Shown: positions 42,321-42,640 of the stretch, piece by piece
Numbering within the stretch: the first letter of the stretch is position 1
How the letters are laid out: the number at the start of each line of letters is the position of its first letter
Source: an uncultured Thermus sp.
GTDB taxonomy: Bacteria > Deinococcota > Deinococci > Deinococcales > Thermaceae
Assembly (NCBI GenBank): GCA_947085095.1
Contig: CAMTVD010000024.1
Span: 1 to 42,640, forward strand
DNA length: 42,640 nucleotides
Direction of reading: 5' to 3'
Position numbers and translations under genes: made by a program
Notes under the pieces: model-generated
Database searches by the model: none
What the model was told of the DNA's origin: nothing
What the model saw: the letters and a program-made list of their open reading frames with translations, nothing else

Positions 42321-42640
42321 ATGACCACCGAGGAGCGGCTTTACAAGCTGGAGGGGATCGTGGAAGGGGTGATGGCCACCCTTCCGGAGCGGATCACTTC
42401 CCTGGAAAACCGCATGGACCTGCTGCGCCAGGAGCTGAAGGGCGACCTGGCGGCTCTCCGCCAGGAGCTCAAGGTCGACGTGACCTCTCTGGAGCGCAAG
42501 TTGCAGGAAGGGATGGCCTCTTTGCGCCAGGAGTTTAAGGCGGACATCGCCTCCCTGGAGAGCAGGTTGCAGGAGCAAGTGGCCTCCCTGCGTCAGGAGT
42601 TTAAGGCCGACTCGGCCTCTTTGCGTCAGGAGCTTAAGGC
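42321..42640 (+). CDS. Coiled-coil repeat protein (DUF1640/CCDC90-like), truncated by the window end
   Basis: MTTEERLYKLEGIVEGVMATLPERITSLENRMDL followed by LRQE[LF]K repeats; the frame is open to the edge. Confidence 0.75.
   Translation, partial: MTTEERLYKLEGIVEGVMATLPERITSLENRMDLLRQELKGDLAALRQELKVDVTSLERKLQEGMASLRQEFKADIASLESRLQEQVASLRQEFKADSASLRQELK
42423..42640 (+). repeat. Degenerate 33-bp (11-aa) tandem repeats
   Basis: LRQELKGDLAA/LRQELKVDVTS/LERKLQEGMAS/LRQEFKADIAS/LESRLQEQVAS/LRQEFKADSAS/LRQELK. Confidence 0.85.

Noticed and set aside
42423..42640. CRISPR-like 33-bp periodicity
   Set aside because: Degenerate in-frame coding repeats with no unique spacers and no cas genes

Overview
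High-GC chromosomal window, very likely from a Thermus species (Thermus-like LeuB/LeuC/Acs proteins, many leaderless genes with a TAnnnT -10 box 6-7 nt before the start codon). The left edge is a short accessory segment: an IS630-type transposase tail, a VOC gene and an unusual leader. Core genes follow: DHH-CBS tRNA nucleotidyltransferase, two site-2 proteases, nfo, rlpA, an M24 peptidase, plsY, FAH and MBL hydrolases, purN and purD. The centre (11.7-27.3 kb) is an acetate/monocarboxylate uptake, activation and signalling cluster: DUF4212-like subunit-actP, a cNMP/CBS/DUF294 nucleotidyltransferase, a 58-aa membrane peptide, an SLC5-STAC histidine kinase, a lone receiver, a membrane-anchored PAS/kinase-remnant-DEDDh exonuclease, and three acs paralogues. 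One acs is fused to an IclR regulator, and a shared motif lies upstream of the cluster promoters. Next come a methylmalonyl-CoA mutase catalytic subunit, hxlR-minD-minE-rodA, potABCD, a cytochrome c, ilvD, an SDR, Uma2 plus a collapsed Uma2 remnant, and leuBDC with a leucine attenuator. A truncated 11-aa-repeat coiled-coil gene sits at the right edge. All calls come from reading motifs by eye; no database searches were run.
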